Below are positions 49,233 through 62,677 of a stretch of 64,000 nt of DNA, piece after piece. The notes under the pieces were generated by a model. It searched no databases. It was not told the origin of the DNA and was given only the letters and a program-made list of their open reading frames with translations. Where the stretch lies: assembly GCF_009914755.1 (NCBI RefSeq), contig NC_060931.1; one strand, 5' to 3'. Made by a program: the position numbers and the translations under genes. This DNA comes from the human T2T-CHM13v2.0 reference genome, Homo sapiens. Position 1 is the stretch's first letter; every line of letters starts with the position of its first letter.

Positions 49233-52200
49233 GGATTTTTTTACCTTGCTGTAGTTACGTTTTCAAAAGAATATTTTAGACAGTCTGTTTTAGGGTCTAG
49301 TAGATAGTACTTCAAAAGCTTCTCTGAGCTTTCATAGAGTTAAAAAATATTAGTCAGAATGTAATGAATAAAGATATTTGTGCTAAGCTGTATTTCATGA
49401 ATATTTCTACAAAGGAGGAAAAATGAACATTGAATTTCTACAGCAGAGTAGCATTGTTAGTGGTGTTCAGTGGATGGCAAACTTGCTAAGGAAGAATTGT
49501 GAATCATGATAGATAAAAGGATGTGGGCAAGAATCCATATATTTATCCTTTATTACCAGCCACACTGTATCATTTTCTTAATTTATTAAAAATATTTATT
49601 AAGTGCCTTCTATGTTTGAAGCATGGTGCTTTCTTGTCAGCAATAAACACTCTCACCTCTTCCTTCATAAACTTGATCTAATTTGTGGCTAAGTCACCCC
49701 TTACCCTTCCTATTCAATTTTCCTCCTTCTCATTTTGTTAATGTTGACAGTACTGCTCTTATTGTTTCACTCTACATTCTCCATGATGGTAATTAAGAAA
49801 TTATGCAAAAGATCTTTCTGCAGTGGTGGAAGAACTGATGTTTAAATCTCTTTCCAGTCCCTCTGGAAGTTAACTAGGCTGCATAGAAGGTGGACCTGAG
49901 GAATAGCAGTACATCCATATAGATTTGTCATTGCAGATTGTGTGTGAAATGAGATACAGTGGCAAAAACGTTGACTTGGAAATCAGGATTCCTGAGCTAC
50001 AGAATTCACTATGTGGTACTGAACAAGTCTGTCCTATCTTCCAGCCTCACTTGTCTCCTCTATAACACCTTTATATATACCAAAAAAAGGGTTTAGTTAG
50101 ATGTATGGTCACACGGTCCCATTAATTGTAAAATTAATTATATTATTTCAAGAATAATGTCTTGGGAGTTGAACATCTATTAGCTACTCATCTGGTAGAT
50201 CAATAACTTATTTAAATTTATTTGAAAAGTGTGAATTAATAGGATCAGATAGGATTTCCTAAGGCTATTTGTTGAATTCATTTTTTAAGTCTCCTGGAAT
50301 CACCAGAAGTATAACTACTCAAAATTTCAAGACTCATTAATAGACTATTTGTGCATTTTAAAACATCATAAGGAAATTACGGTAATCATCCTCATTATTA
50401 TATCTCAGTATTATTGTTATTTGTTGTTATCTGTAAGAAACAAACATTCCTGGAGTCATTTCATTTCACTTCCTTGTTTTAAATTTCTCAAAAGGTACGG
50501 AGAACTGCTTGTCAATTTATTTTATAAAACAACAATTTATTGTTATTTATAGCCTCCTTTACATTCTATGAAGTCACACCTCTGGCTCTCTCTTCTCTAG
50601 AATAATCTTTTCTTTTATTGTTTTTGCCAATTTATGGGATTTTCAGTGAAACTAAAGGATCCGAAATGAATGTTCTGAGTAATTGTTACTCAGTGACCTT
50701 CACTGTATCACAGGGCATAAAACAGAAATATGATCTCCTTAATCTTGATTCTATTTTCTGCATGTTCCATAACTTCCTCCATCAATACAACCAAGCAGCT
50801 GAAAGTTAGAAAACTGTGTTGCTTGTCTTCAAATCCCTTTGCACTTAGGCAGTGGGTGTGAAACAGAAATGCAAGAAACAGAACAAGTGTGATATATGAA
50901 TCAAAGTGTAGGAGCTATTCGGTGTGAAACAATGTGATCCTTGTGGCCGCTGCTAATGTATCATTTGCCAAATGTCTGAAGAGGACAGAGTTTTCAATGG
51001 CAAAAACAGTCTCCTGGAAATAAACCCTTTTTTCAGTCCCTTGCATGAAACTTCACTGGATGAAAGCAAAGGAGTATCTTTATCTTACCAACTTAAAGTA
51101 GGTGTCTGTAATTGGATCCACAACAAACACATGGAAATGAATTTGTTCACACAATTACCTGTTTTTCTGCAAAACTAGCTTCTCTCCATTTTGGTTGAAG
51201 TTCTTAACAAGTAAAGGTGTTACATCTAGCACATGGGAATAGAAATAAATGTGGCTAAGGCACATTTTCTAAAGGTTATAACTAAACTGGCTTGCCTGAC
51301 TTTGGACCCTAATGATTATAGTAATTAGGTAAATTTACACACCAGAGACATTTGAATGTAAATAGCTGGAAATAGTCTTTAATTCAGGACTTTATGAAGG
51401 GATATGCATAATTGATGAGAATGCAGCCAGAAATAATACAGATTTCTATTCAGTTAACCTAAATATTATTATACAACAACTCACAGAGGAAATACTGAAG
51501 ATCTTAAATCATTTTATTCAGGAACTGGCTAAAATGGATATGGGTAAGAGAGAGTATGGATAAGAGAATTGTACATTCTGAACAGTCACAGGTATCTCTG
51601 ATATTTTTCTGTGTGTCCCAACTTTTCTTATCTCATGTTCTTGCGTGCCTAATTGTTTCTTTGTTTCAGCGGCCTTCTTTCTATTTGCAGAAAAATTCTT
51701 TGTCTTTACTACTGTAATGCCTCTAGGACGTCTACATATTTGTTAGTACCATTACTATGGAATTTTTTTTTCTCAGTAAGCACTGCGGAATATTATGAGT
51801 CATTTAATACTCCAGCATTGACTTTGCTGTGTGTTTGGTACTGTGGGTGAACATTCTAACCAGAGTATCATGTCCTCTGGTCATCTAGTGCTGTGGTGAC
51901 TGGAAAGAGGAAGGCTTCAGAATGTCCTGCTCTTTGTAATTAGCTCCAGAGTTGAAAAATGCATCTGCCTTTGGAGGACCCTTAAGACACACACTATGAA
52001 ATTTAGTTAAACAAGCCCTAACCCTTCATCCCCCCACATCGAATCCCCCACCTAAATAATTTCAGAAATGTTACTACATAACCATTTCATCACTTCTGGT
52101 ACCCTACACTTCCCACCTCCTTCCCCATAGCCAGGCCTATGAACTACCAAATCCAGACCTGTTTACATCAGTTTTGCATTTATTGTTTCACTTTTTTTTT

Positions 52201-52824
52201 TCTGTGGATGTTTTGCTTGTTTCTTCTAGGTATATCCTCTGCTTTTTGATGGAGTCTTTTCAGTTTCCTCTCCATTGCTGTCTGTATCCACAGGCTGGTT
52301 GCAGGGGTAGGCCAGTGGTGGAAACTCTGTTGGGATGTTTTTTTCTTTCTTCAGCTTACAGATAATTAGAACTTGGAGTGTTGTCTATCTAATGCTGAAG
52401 TCATGGGTCTTGTGTGGATGAATTCTTATCTTTCTAGATCTTTTTGTTTTGGGAAAATGATGAGAATCTTTGAAAATAGTCAGCAGTGTTCTCCAAACCT
52501 CCAAGGTTTATATTTTTAATAAAGATATTTTACCAACCTGTATATGTTATTGGCGACTACATGGTATATAATAGATGTAAAGTTTCAAGCACTCCTTGTA
52601 GAATATTGTTCATTAGATAAACAAATTATTAGTTTTATTCTATCTGGTAAGAGACTTCTTGAGAACCAATTGATGTAATACATGGGACTTATATTACATG
52701 TAAACTGAATTGACTTAATAACTGCCACCTGTCATTATTACCTATAGTAATAATAGATATTCTGCTTTCCACTTCTGGCCAAGTCCAAGCCCTAATTCTT
52801 ATTTATAGAGTGAGATGCTATTCT

Positions 52825-53204
52825 TGTTACCGGTGGAAGGTGTCCAAGTTCTTGGCGCTTTGAACAAAGTACTGGACAAAGCGCACAAACAAAGCAAGGA
52901 AATAATGAAGCAACAAAAGCAGAGATTTATTGAAAACAAAAACACACTCCACAGAGTGGGAAAGGGCTCAAGCAAGTGGCTCAAGGTCTGGTTACAGAAT
53001 TGTCTGGGGTTTAAATACCCTCTGGAGGTTTCCCATCGGTTACTTGGTGTACACTCTATGCAAATGAAGATGATGTTTCCTGCCATAGCTGAAATGAAGT
53101 CACAAAGTTATTTACGTCGTTGTAGAAAGTTGGAGTTTTTCTGTTTGATTTAGTTCTAGAAAGTCCTTAGGTTCCCTGCCGCCAGACCCTATTCTCCTGC
53201 CTCA
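52825..53204 (-). mobile_element. Solo ERV1 LTR (MER51A-like)
   Basis: TG...CA termini, 380 bp, 4-bp TSD TTCT at 52821-52824 and 53205-53208; minus strand starts TGAGGCAGGAGAATAGGGTCTGG. Confidence 0.88.
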
Positions 53205-55240
53205 TTCTATTAGGGCTTTCAAAAGATATTTAAAAAACTAAGATAGAGTAACACATTTAGAGGTTGTGTATGATTGGGACATGCTATGTCTTTTTATGAA
53301 TATCAGAAGAGTCCTTGGCTGTTAGAATGCCACAGACTTTTAACTTCAGCTTTACTTCTGAGTACCAATGCACGTTGGAGGATATATATTTTTGTAAGCT
53401 TTCTTTAATTATTTTTTGGAACAATGTTATGTAAAACATGAGGAAAGAAACAGAAAAATAATTCAACAGGTGTTTCTTTGGTCGTCCTGAGAAAAAGAAT
53501 TTATAATAACTGATGGCTATCCTTCTGACGGACTTAAAAATAAGATGCTATGACTCTAACATGGCAAAATATTCTTTCAATAATCTGATTTCTCAGTGGC
53601 TTTATATACAATGGAAAAGCGAGAAGATTTAGAAGAGAAAGGAGAATATTTCATTTTCACATATCTAATCTATTAAAATCTTATGCTAAACTAAGAATAG
53701 ATTTTAAAAAATTGCTCCAGTTACCTTGACTATCTTTCCGTAAGTATGGTTTTATTACAAGAGCCTCTAGCCCTCAATAAAATTTCTATTTTATTATGGC
53801 AATATACCTTGTTATACAATCACAAAATAACATGTTTATTATAGATTATAACATAAAGTACAATATTTATTAATATATTATAACATTTATGGTAATATAG
53901 TATATAAAAGAGATAGGTATGTTTTAACGTATTTTAAATATTTATGATAATAAATATAACATCTTCATTATGGTTTGGCTTCATTGCAATGAGCTGTTTA
54001 CATATCAATATTACCCATGGAACTTGCCTTCTTTGAGGATACAATTGTGCTTGTATGTTTCAGTTCTGTATTCTGCACATAATAGATAAGCAGTGAATAA
54101 GAAGTCTGAGTCTTCTCCATGGAATTATCTTTTGACGTATTCTTTTTCCAAGGAATATCTCCCAGGAATATTTACTATTATGGTCTAAATATTTTTTGAA
54201 TTAATACTATATATATAAAATGCTATATATTTTTCCATTTTTCTGCTTTCATTTTCACAGCTATTTATAGATACATAGATGCCCATTCACTACTATAAAG
54301 GCTAACATGAAGTGGTTATTGAATACCTATATGCTCATTATTGTAAATAAATAAACATTGAGTTTATTGAATAAAATGGCAAATCAGAATTGTCTAATTC
54401 TACTCATCTCTGACATTAGTTTTATATTTTTTATTATTTTCTATTATTTATCATTTTATTCCTAAACCTCCTCTAAGCTTAACATTTATTTGTGGAATTA
54501 ATTCCTGGGGTGTGTATTTTCTTTTAAGTTTCCAGTCACTGCAGAATTACAGGAATGCTAGAAAATTAACGGTTTGATTATTTTGGTGCCTGATCATCTT
54601 AAGAAATGATTTTGTGTTCCAAAACCAAGTTTGGCCAAGAGTAGGGCTTATTTGGAATCTTGAGAATTCCTACAAAGAGACCGTAGCTGGAAAATGATGT
54701 AGAACGAAGAGTAGAGGCGCTGGACCAAGAAGATGCCTCATCTCCAAAGAGAGAAACAGACTCCAAACAGTGGCGGTCCATGGAGAGTTGTTGATGGCCT
54801 CTGTGTCAAAGTTCTCATTCTTACTCTACATTGACAGGGAGCTGGCATGCACCATAGCTGTGTCAGGAAATGTGTTTTTAACATTTGAGAGGTGAGAAGA
54901 GAGCCAGGAAGGAGACTTTGGGACCTTTTAAATGATTACACAAGTTAAGCCAGATATTTATTCTATGGGAATAGTCATATTGAGTTATAAGTATGAAAAT
55001 CTGGCATCACTGCTTTGTAATTCTCTAAAGAGCTTAACATTTCATCTTATTTTATCCAGCAACAATAATGTGCTTTGCTTGCATTTAGCAATATAAAGTA
55101 GATAGTTAATGGAATTAAATAACTGGGGCCGTGTGTTCTGATACAGCCTTTAATAGTTATAAAGAGCATCATAATTACTTTTTCAATAAATAGATATCTG
55201 TTTTATTTTCTTCTCTTAAACTCATGTGTTGGAAACTTTG

Positions 55241-55381
55241 TATTTTTATTTATTTACTTATTTTAGAGAAGGGGTCTGGATACATTGCCCAGACTAGGTT
55301 TGAACTCTTGGTTTCAAGCTATCCTCCTGTCACAGCTTTCTGAGCAGCTGGGCCTACAAGTGCATGCCACTGTGCCCTGCT
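55241..55381 (-). mobile_element. Free Alu monomer (FLAM/FAM-like)
   Basis: Single diverged Alu arm with T-rich tail. Confidence 0.8.
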
Positions 55382-55508
55382 AATAATTGCTTTTTTTGGG
55401 AATAATGTTTACTTTCCTATCGGTAGTATTTGACCAGTGCAAAGACAACCTATGCCTTTATCTCATTCTTTCTAGAATCAACACTGTTTCGGAATAAAAC
55501 AGTTTTGA

Positions 55509-55808
55509 TTTTATTTATTTATTTTTTTTGAGACGGAGTCTTGCTCTATCGCCCAGGCTAGAGTGCAGTGGTGCAATCTCGGTTCACTGCAACCTCCACC
55601 TCCTGGGTTCAAGCAATTTTCTGCCTCAGCCTCCCAAGTAGCTGAGATTACAGGTGCTCACCACCACACCCGGCTAATTTTTGTATCTTTAGTAGAGACA
55701 GAGTTTCACCATGTTGGCCAGGCTGGTCTTGAACTCCTGACCTTGTGATCCACATGCCTCAGCCTCCCAAAGTGCTGGGATTACAGGCGTGAGCCACCAT
55801 GCCCAGCC
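55509..55808 (-). mobile_element. AluSg-like
   Basis: Antisense dimer; TSD AACAGT(T/A)TTGA at 55498-55508 and 55809-55819. Confidence 0.95.
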
Positions 55809-58039
55809 AACAGTATTGAATGTTAATACTACTGAGGTTGGGTGTTATTTCAGATTTAGTTTAAAAGTACTGTAAAAGTTAAATTACATCAGAATTAAGC
55901 TGCCTAGTACACATTTGCTTTTGTGCAGTCATTTCTGCTTCTGAGTGAAGGGTTATGGGCTTAGTGGAAGTAATTCCTTACACTCTTTTTTCATGCTCTG
56001 CTCTGGATACAAACAAGAAGAGTGTGATAATTCAAAGAAAGCATTTTGTCAAAAAGGTTGCTGCCTGCCCTGCTCCATATGGGACTCCAAACATAGTGTT
56101 CACAATTTTGGTTGGTCACAACAGGCTGGGAAACTCCTTTCTTACAATACATAAAGGCAACACATGATAGAAGATTATATAAATTTGAAAAAAGACTGGT
56201 TAAAATGAGCTGAATTCATCCTATGTAGTTTCCTAAACAGCCAAATTCAGGTTTTAGGTTAAAAACAAAACAGAACAAAAGAGCAAACAGTATAGTGTTT
56301 ACTACCTGCTCACCCACTAAAATATCAGTGGAGCATGTGGTCACTCAAGGTCTCCCCTGGTCATCATCACATCATCATGGTTTTCGGTCTTCAATTCCAT
56401 GATTTGTACTGGCCCACACATCTCACAGACCCACATCCTACTGATCACTTCCTTGAACCCAATCCCATATACTCTTTGCAGAGAGCTTTGTTTATGTCTG
56501 CAATTGCTCAAATGCCATCTGTGAAGCATCGAGCTGTTGTGCCTGTATTTCTACTGGCTTCAGTTATTTCTCTTCCTATTTTCGATGGCACAAATAAGTG
56601 CAATTTTTGGAAAACAGATGTTTTTTCAATGTGAATTATTCTGCTAACACTTTGTAAAAATCTGTCTGCTACAGAAGGCCTTCTGCATCAGGGGTAAGTA
56701 GGATTTTATTGACTTCTCTCAATTTAGCCAGAGAAAAGTTATACAAAAAAGTTCATTTTTATGTTACCTGGAAGACAATCCCTCTCTTAGACTATTTAAC
56801 AAATCTTTTGCTTCTCAGAATATCTTTCTGCCTCTTACTAGCAAATGTACTGAACTACAAGTACAGGGGATTAAAATTGTTTTACTTGCTTTCTTCATAG
56901 AGGTTTTGCTAAGAAGATGGGATGTGTGTATATCTCTGTTGGGAAACTGGTCATTATAAACTGCTTCAGTTTCCTAAATTATTGTTTACCTAAAGGCTAA
57001 CAGTTGGATAAAATATCAGCTTTTTTGTACCCTGGAGATATTGTTGATGATATGTAGGGACAATGACTTAATATAAAAAGCGCATAGGACAGTGTTTGAC
57101 ACAAAGTAAATGCCATGTAATTGTCAGGTACTATTGTTATTATTGCTGTTTTTACTCTCTTTGAGACTACAATGGTGCTACTGATGTAGAGAAAATGAAC
57201 TTTTCCCTAAAACAGTCTTGGCATAGAAGAACTCAGAAAAGCAGTTAGTGCTACCTCTGCCAAAACTCCAACTTGCCAATTATGACTCTATACAATCATA
57301 AGAAACTTCTACTGAATTTTTTTTTCTATTTAATGCTTCCAAGCACTCTGTCATTTTTCTTCACAGGAACTTTCTCATTGAGGCTTTTTAGATGTGGTTT
57401 GTGCCTCTCAAGGTTTAGAAGTGGTAGCAGAAGGAATATGTGCCTGTTTGAGGTCACAGCTCTATCCATTAGAAAAGAGGGTAATATTTCAAGTGGGTAC
57501 AGCAGATAAAGCAACAATGACACAAATGGGTTGATGTGAAGGTTTTATTTAAGTCAATGGCAACTTGAAAGGTTTATTGGTGACTTAGCTAATACAGGCC
57601 GGATTTCAGAGTCTGAGGATCTAAGGACTGCTACTAGCTTGAGCTTTGTATCAGTCATTTAACCTTTGTTTCTTTTCCCTTAAAAAGAAGAGATGATTAC
57701 TAACCCAAACCAATAAGAGAAAGAGGAATGGTTAATTAGGTAGGGATTTTGAGTATTGAGATTCTCAAAGAACATATTCTTTACTACATTTTCTCTATAG
57801 TATTTGAAAGATGTTAATCTTTTCCTTTTCCTCCAAAGTTCTGGACTGTGTTCTGTTGGAGCCCATCAATTATGACCCTCCATCTTCCAAAAAAATGTTT
57901 TGAAATGAATATTATGAGGTGACAAGGTAATGAAAGCAGATAAAGTCTGCTTCTGGTCAGAGTTTCTTTCTTTTTTGTAACTTAGCTCTGTTTTGGTTTT
58001 GATTAAAGCTTAATAATTTCCTTTAAAATTATATGTAGA

Positions 58040-58260
58040 GTAATAAATAACTGATATTTATGTGGCATTTTATTGTTTTGCAAATGCCGGCACATGTTAT
58101 CTCACTTAAACATCACAAAAACTTTTTGTGAAATTGCCTGAGGAATTCAGATTTCAGAGCTATTAAAAGGCTTGCCCAAGGACACACAACTGACAAGAAG
58201 TGAAACCAAAACTTAGACTTTCCAGCTTCAAATCCCATCCTCTTTCCAGTATCCACTACA
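58040..58260 (-). mobile_element. MIR fragment
   Basis: cttgcccaaggacacacaact...tccagcttcaaatcccatcctctttcca. Confidence 0.6.
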
Positions 58261-59149
58261 GCCTCATCAAAGAGAAAGATAATCATTATCCCGCAGAGTT
58301 ACATCTGATGAACATTATGATCAATATGTACGATACTGCCTATAACAAAACCTATATGGTGAAATTAATGATAAAACGAGTGGTTTGATCACCAGAGGCA
58401 ATCCTTCCAACCTGTTAATCTTAGTTCCACAAACCTTACACCTTTATATCGATCTTTAATAGCCAAACACCCTTCTTAATTTACTTGAGCACTTTTTGTG
58501 GGTAATATGCCCTCATGCATTAAAAAATGCATTTGTGGTTTTTAAAAAACACTCAGTCTAGAATTGATACTTCTTACATGATGTTCTCATATATCACAAA
58601 ACAAATTCTCAAACATATTTTGACAAAGAAATGGACGAATGATTTGAATTATAATGCTGCTGGCAAAACTGCAGGCTTCATTGCTAATTACGTCCACTTT
58701 GACATGTTTATCATTTAGTGCAAACAATGTTATCTGATCCAGTTTCCTTAGTTCTATTTTACTATCCTTTACCTCTTCAGTCTATTTGCTGGCATTGATT
58801 ATTAAACACTTAGCTCTTTAAATTAAGGAAATTCTCTATAGCTATCTCATGTTTCAAGCACTTGCTTATGAATTTGGCACATATATTGTTTCTATGCACT
58901 CTGTTAATAGAAAGAGATAAAATAGCTGCCATGAAGTCATGGTTGTTCTGTGTTGGATGCTTATTCTCTCTTGTTTATCTTCCTTTAGCCTTTTAAATTG
59001 TAAAACTGCCATGATAACATTCAATGAATTAGGAGGAAACACATACATTTCATTCCTGCCACCCTCGGGCAACAGATTTTCCTTCCCAGTTTGACGTTAC
59101 ACTTCCTTATACTTTACAGGACTCTGAATGAACAGGCCGGTCGGACTCA

Positions 59150-60340
59150 CACACCCTATCAGACTGCCCTTTGAAGTGCATTCTAACTGGCTATTCACTT
59201 ATTGGTCTCCTCTACACAGCAAACTCTTGCGAGGAAGAGGGTTTTATTTTGTTAGGATTTTTACCCCAGCTTATAGAAAAGTGCCTGGCACATACAAGTT
59301 ATTCATTAGATGTTTGGTGAATAAATGAATTAGTATCTAGTGAATGGAGACAGCAGTTCTGTTCTGCCATTTCCTGGTTGTCTTCCTTGGATGTGACGCT
59401 CACTGAGGCTCCATCTAGAATGTGGAGGTGATGATAACATCATTCTCAGAGTCTACTGCAAGAGTTAATTAGACTTTGCATTTAAAAGTTTTAATACTAT
59501 GAAGTCATCTTCAAAATAAGATTATGCTAATTATTGCAAATTTTTATTCCATATTTTTTACTTCCCATGAATATGCCATAAATGATTTTTGCTTTAGTTC
59601 GGGTCTGGATTATTGCCAAAGCAACGTAACTAGCCTCCCTGGTTCAATTCCTACTTTTTATTCTACACTTCATCCAGACTAACGATTGAAAACATAAAAT
59701 AGGATGTCAGTTCTTCACTTCAGACCCTGCAACAGAGGCTTGTCAGTCTTATCCACTACCACATCCTCAACTCCCAGCCCAGTGCCTTATAACTGTGCAT
59801 ATGTGCCTTTGATAGGTTTATATTCAACATCTGGGGACCTCTCGGGAAAGGCATAGAAGAATCTTCATCACATGCCTCCTCCTATCTTCCTAGTCTCCAG
59901 TTTCATTCCAGCAGGTCTTGGACATCTCTCCAGGACTTTAACCATAAAAATCAATCAGGAATTCCTGAAACAGGCTATGCTCTTTCACACCCCAGTGCCT
60001 TTGCATATGCTTTCCTATTCTTCAACTGAAGGCTGCCTCCGTACTCCACTGGAGCACTCGGTGTTTATTTCTTACAACTCAGCTTCACATTAGACTCCTC
60101 TTCAAAGCACTTCACTTTCTTGACTCTGGGCAGAGGGTTCCTGTCCTCTGAACCCCCACAGCCCATTCCATGTAAGCATATCTGCACAGTACACAGATAA
60201 CCCATAATCACTGTCTGCATGTACTTTTGTGAACTAGATGATGTGCTGTTTGTATGTAGCCTGAAATATAACGTGTGTAGTTCCTGAACTGAATGTGGTA
60301 CTTAGTATTCTATAAGACCCCAATGAATGTTTCTGGAATG
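59150..60340 (+). mobile_element. L2 fragments (with a MIR relic between)
   Basis: gtgcctggcacatacaagttattcattagatgtttggtgaataaatgaat; gcctttgcatatgct; caatgaatgtttctggaatgaat. Confidence 0.55.
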
Positions 60341-60714
60341 AATTATTATACAACCTTTATAACTATAATTTTTTTGCAACAGTATATTCTACCATATTTC
60401 TCCAGTCGAATTTACTTTATCATTCTGTTACTGTGGAAGATTTGGAGATTTCCAATCATTCTGCATGTAGATTTTTATTTCAATTGAACTTTTCAAGTAG
60501 TATAAATTCTCAGGAAATGTAAATATTCTAGAATAAAATTTCTAATAAATAACGCCCTATAATTGTTAGCTTAAATTAGAATTAAAAATAGTACATTAGC
60601 GAGGCTATTTGCAGGCAGGTGTTGTGTATACTAGGGGAGTAATTAAATACTCGGTTATCTGTGTAAAACATGTTATGTAATTTGTATGCATATGTAACTT
60701 TAATTTATATCACA

Positions 60715-61240
60715 AGTGTATAAGGCAGGAAGCTAAATAGCAAAATGGGCAAACAGCATGACTAGGCAATTCACAGAAAGGGAACTATGAATGGCTTTCA
60801 AGTATATAAAGAGAAATTCCAACTCACTGGAAGAGAAACTCAACTCAATGCAAGAGAGGCAAACTAAAATATCAATAAGACAGCACTTACTTTAATAACA
60901 GCAGCAAAAATTAAGGAAAATGGTTAATATCAAGTGATGAGAAAGATGTGGAAAGATATAATTTTTTTGCACTGCTAGTCAAAGTGTAGACCATGCAGTC
61001 GTTCTGGAAAGAAATCTTACAGTACTTAGCAAAATTAATCCTATTTCCTGCCGTATTGTTTGTGGTAGCAGGGAGATAAAGGCAGCCTAGAGGTTCAGTG
61101 CAAGCAAACTGGATCAGAAATGTAGTGAATGCAATTTCTGGAGCATAATGCAGCAGTTAGAAGCAAAAGAATTGATTGGCATACAACAATGTGTACAAAT
61201 CATAATACATAATATTGAGTAAAAAGAAGTAAGAAATAAA
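60715..61240 (+). mobile_element. Very old L1M 3' fragment
   Basis: aaaatgggcaaacagcatgactaggcaattcacagaaa...cataatattgagtaaaaagaag. Confidence 0.65.
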
Positions 61241-62617
61241 ATGCAACGTATACTTTCTAATACACCATTTTCTTTCTCATGCATTTATAGCAATGAAATA
61301 ACAGAATTACAGTTTCTTCTTGTGCTGCTAGCAAAGTGTAATTATCTATAGTAATGTTACAGAGTTATGTAACATATTCCAAAGCTATAGCTATTTCTTA
61401 GGAAGCTAGATATTAAAATGCATTTATTTAGCAAGTAAAGGTAGATTTTTTTCCCCTACAGTGTATGAATATGAGAAAAAAAAAGTTTTAGAAAGAAGAT
61501 TGCTATTCTTTTCTTAAAATTTATAGCTATATTTGTTGGATTGCTTCCTATTTTAAAGTTTCTTTTTCTTGTTCTCTGAGGAGGGGATGGAGGTTAAAGG
61601 TTTAAGGAGAAGTAATTATAAAGTGTTTAAAATTATTGGTTTATTTAAGAAATCAAGAGATCAATTCTTTTCTTTTTTCATGGTATTTTTACATGGACTA
61701 CTTCGTTAAGTGTTTTTAACTTTCTATAAAAATTGAGAGAAGACGAGCAGAGATGTTAAACTAACTCTGCTTTTTACAACTATCGTGATGATCTAGTTGG
61801 CAAAGACAGGGCATAGATTGGAGGATACTTCAAAGTAGAGAAGCTAACACCTGCACAATTGTGTTGACACATCGATAAGTTTAAATATGACTCACTGTTT
61901 CTGCCCTACGTGTTTCTCTAATTAGAATTTGGCACAGTTATCTTCAACTAGTTATGTCATTCACTCTTAGATGTGTTAGATATTATTGAGTCCTGTGAAG
62001 TCTTTTTTCTAAATACCTTTCTAATCCATCTCCTCTATTTCACCGTAACTTTTCTATTTAATTTCTTTGTTTAATGCAACAGACTTCCTGTTTAATCATC
62101 TCTCCGCACTGCACGTCATCTCCCCATTTATCCTTTTAATAGAGCCACTGTCTTGCTTAAAGAGAGTCCTCCTGTTACCCTCAGGAGTCCAGACTCTTTA
62201 GGATGGCATTCAAGGCCCTTTGCAAAATGATCTCATGCTCACTCTTCTGATTCCATCTTCCAGCATATTTCCTCCACACTGCTCCCTGTGCGGCTGAATG
62301 AAATATGTTTAATCCTAAACAAAAACAGTCCTTGCTCTGTGCAACTGCTCCCGGAAAAATGAGACTCATCCTATGTGTTTCCACTGTGCGCTCTTAATAC
62401 GTCTAATGTAGCACATATCCCAGCAAGTTTTACACATTGAGGTAGGAGCCCAGCTCCCAAGAAAGAGCCCTTGAAAAATTTGACAGGACAAATGCAAGTA
62501 GTTAGTATGTGTTTCTTTAGAAAAGGAATAGAGTAGCAGTCTCATTTTTCAAATTTAAAAGGAAAAAATTGCTAAGTAATAGAAACCTCCCTTTGTGTCA
62601 ACTGGGATCTACGGGGA

Positions 62618-62621
62618 TCTA

Positions 62622-62661
<40 letters not shown>

Positions 62662-62677
62662 TCTGGTCTGTCTGTCA
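62618..62677. repeat. Compound (TCTG)n(TCTA)n tetranucleotide STR
   Basis: tctatctgtctgtctg...tctatctatcta. Confidence 0.93.

Noticed and set aside
56640-56700. Branch-point-like CTAAC, AG and GTAAGT suggesting a micro-exon
   Set aside because: Weak pyrimidine tract and no supporting context.
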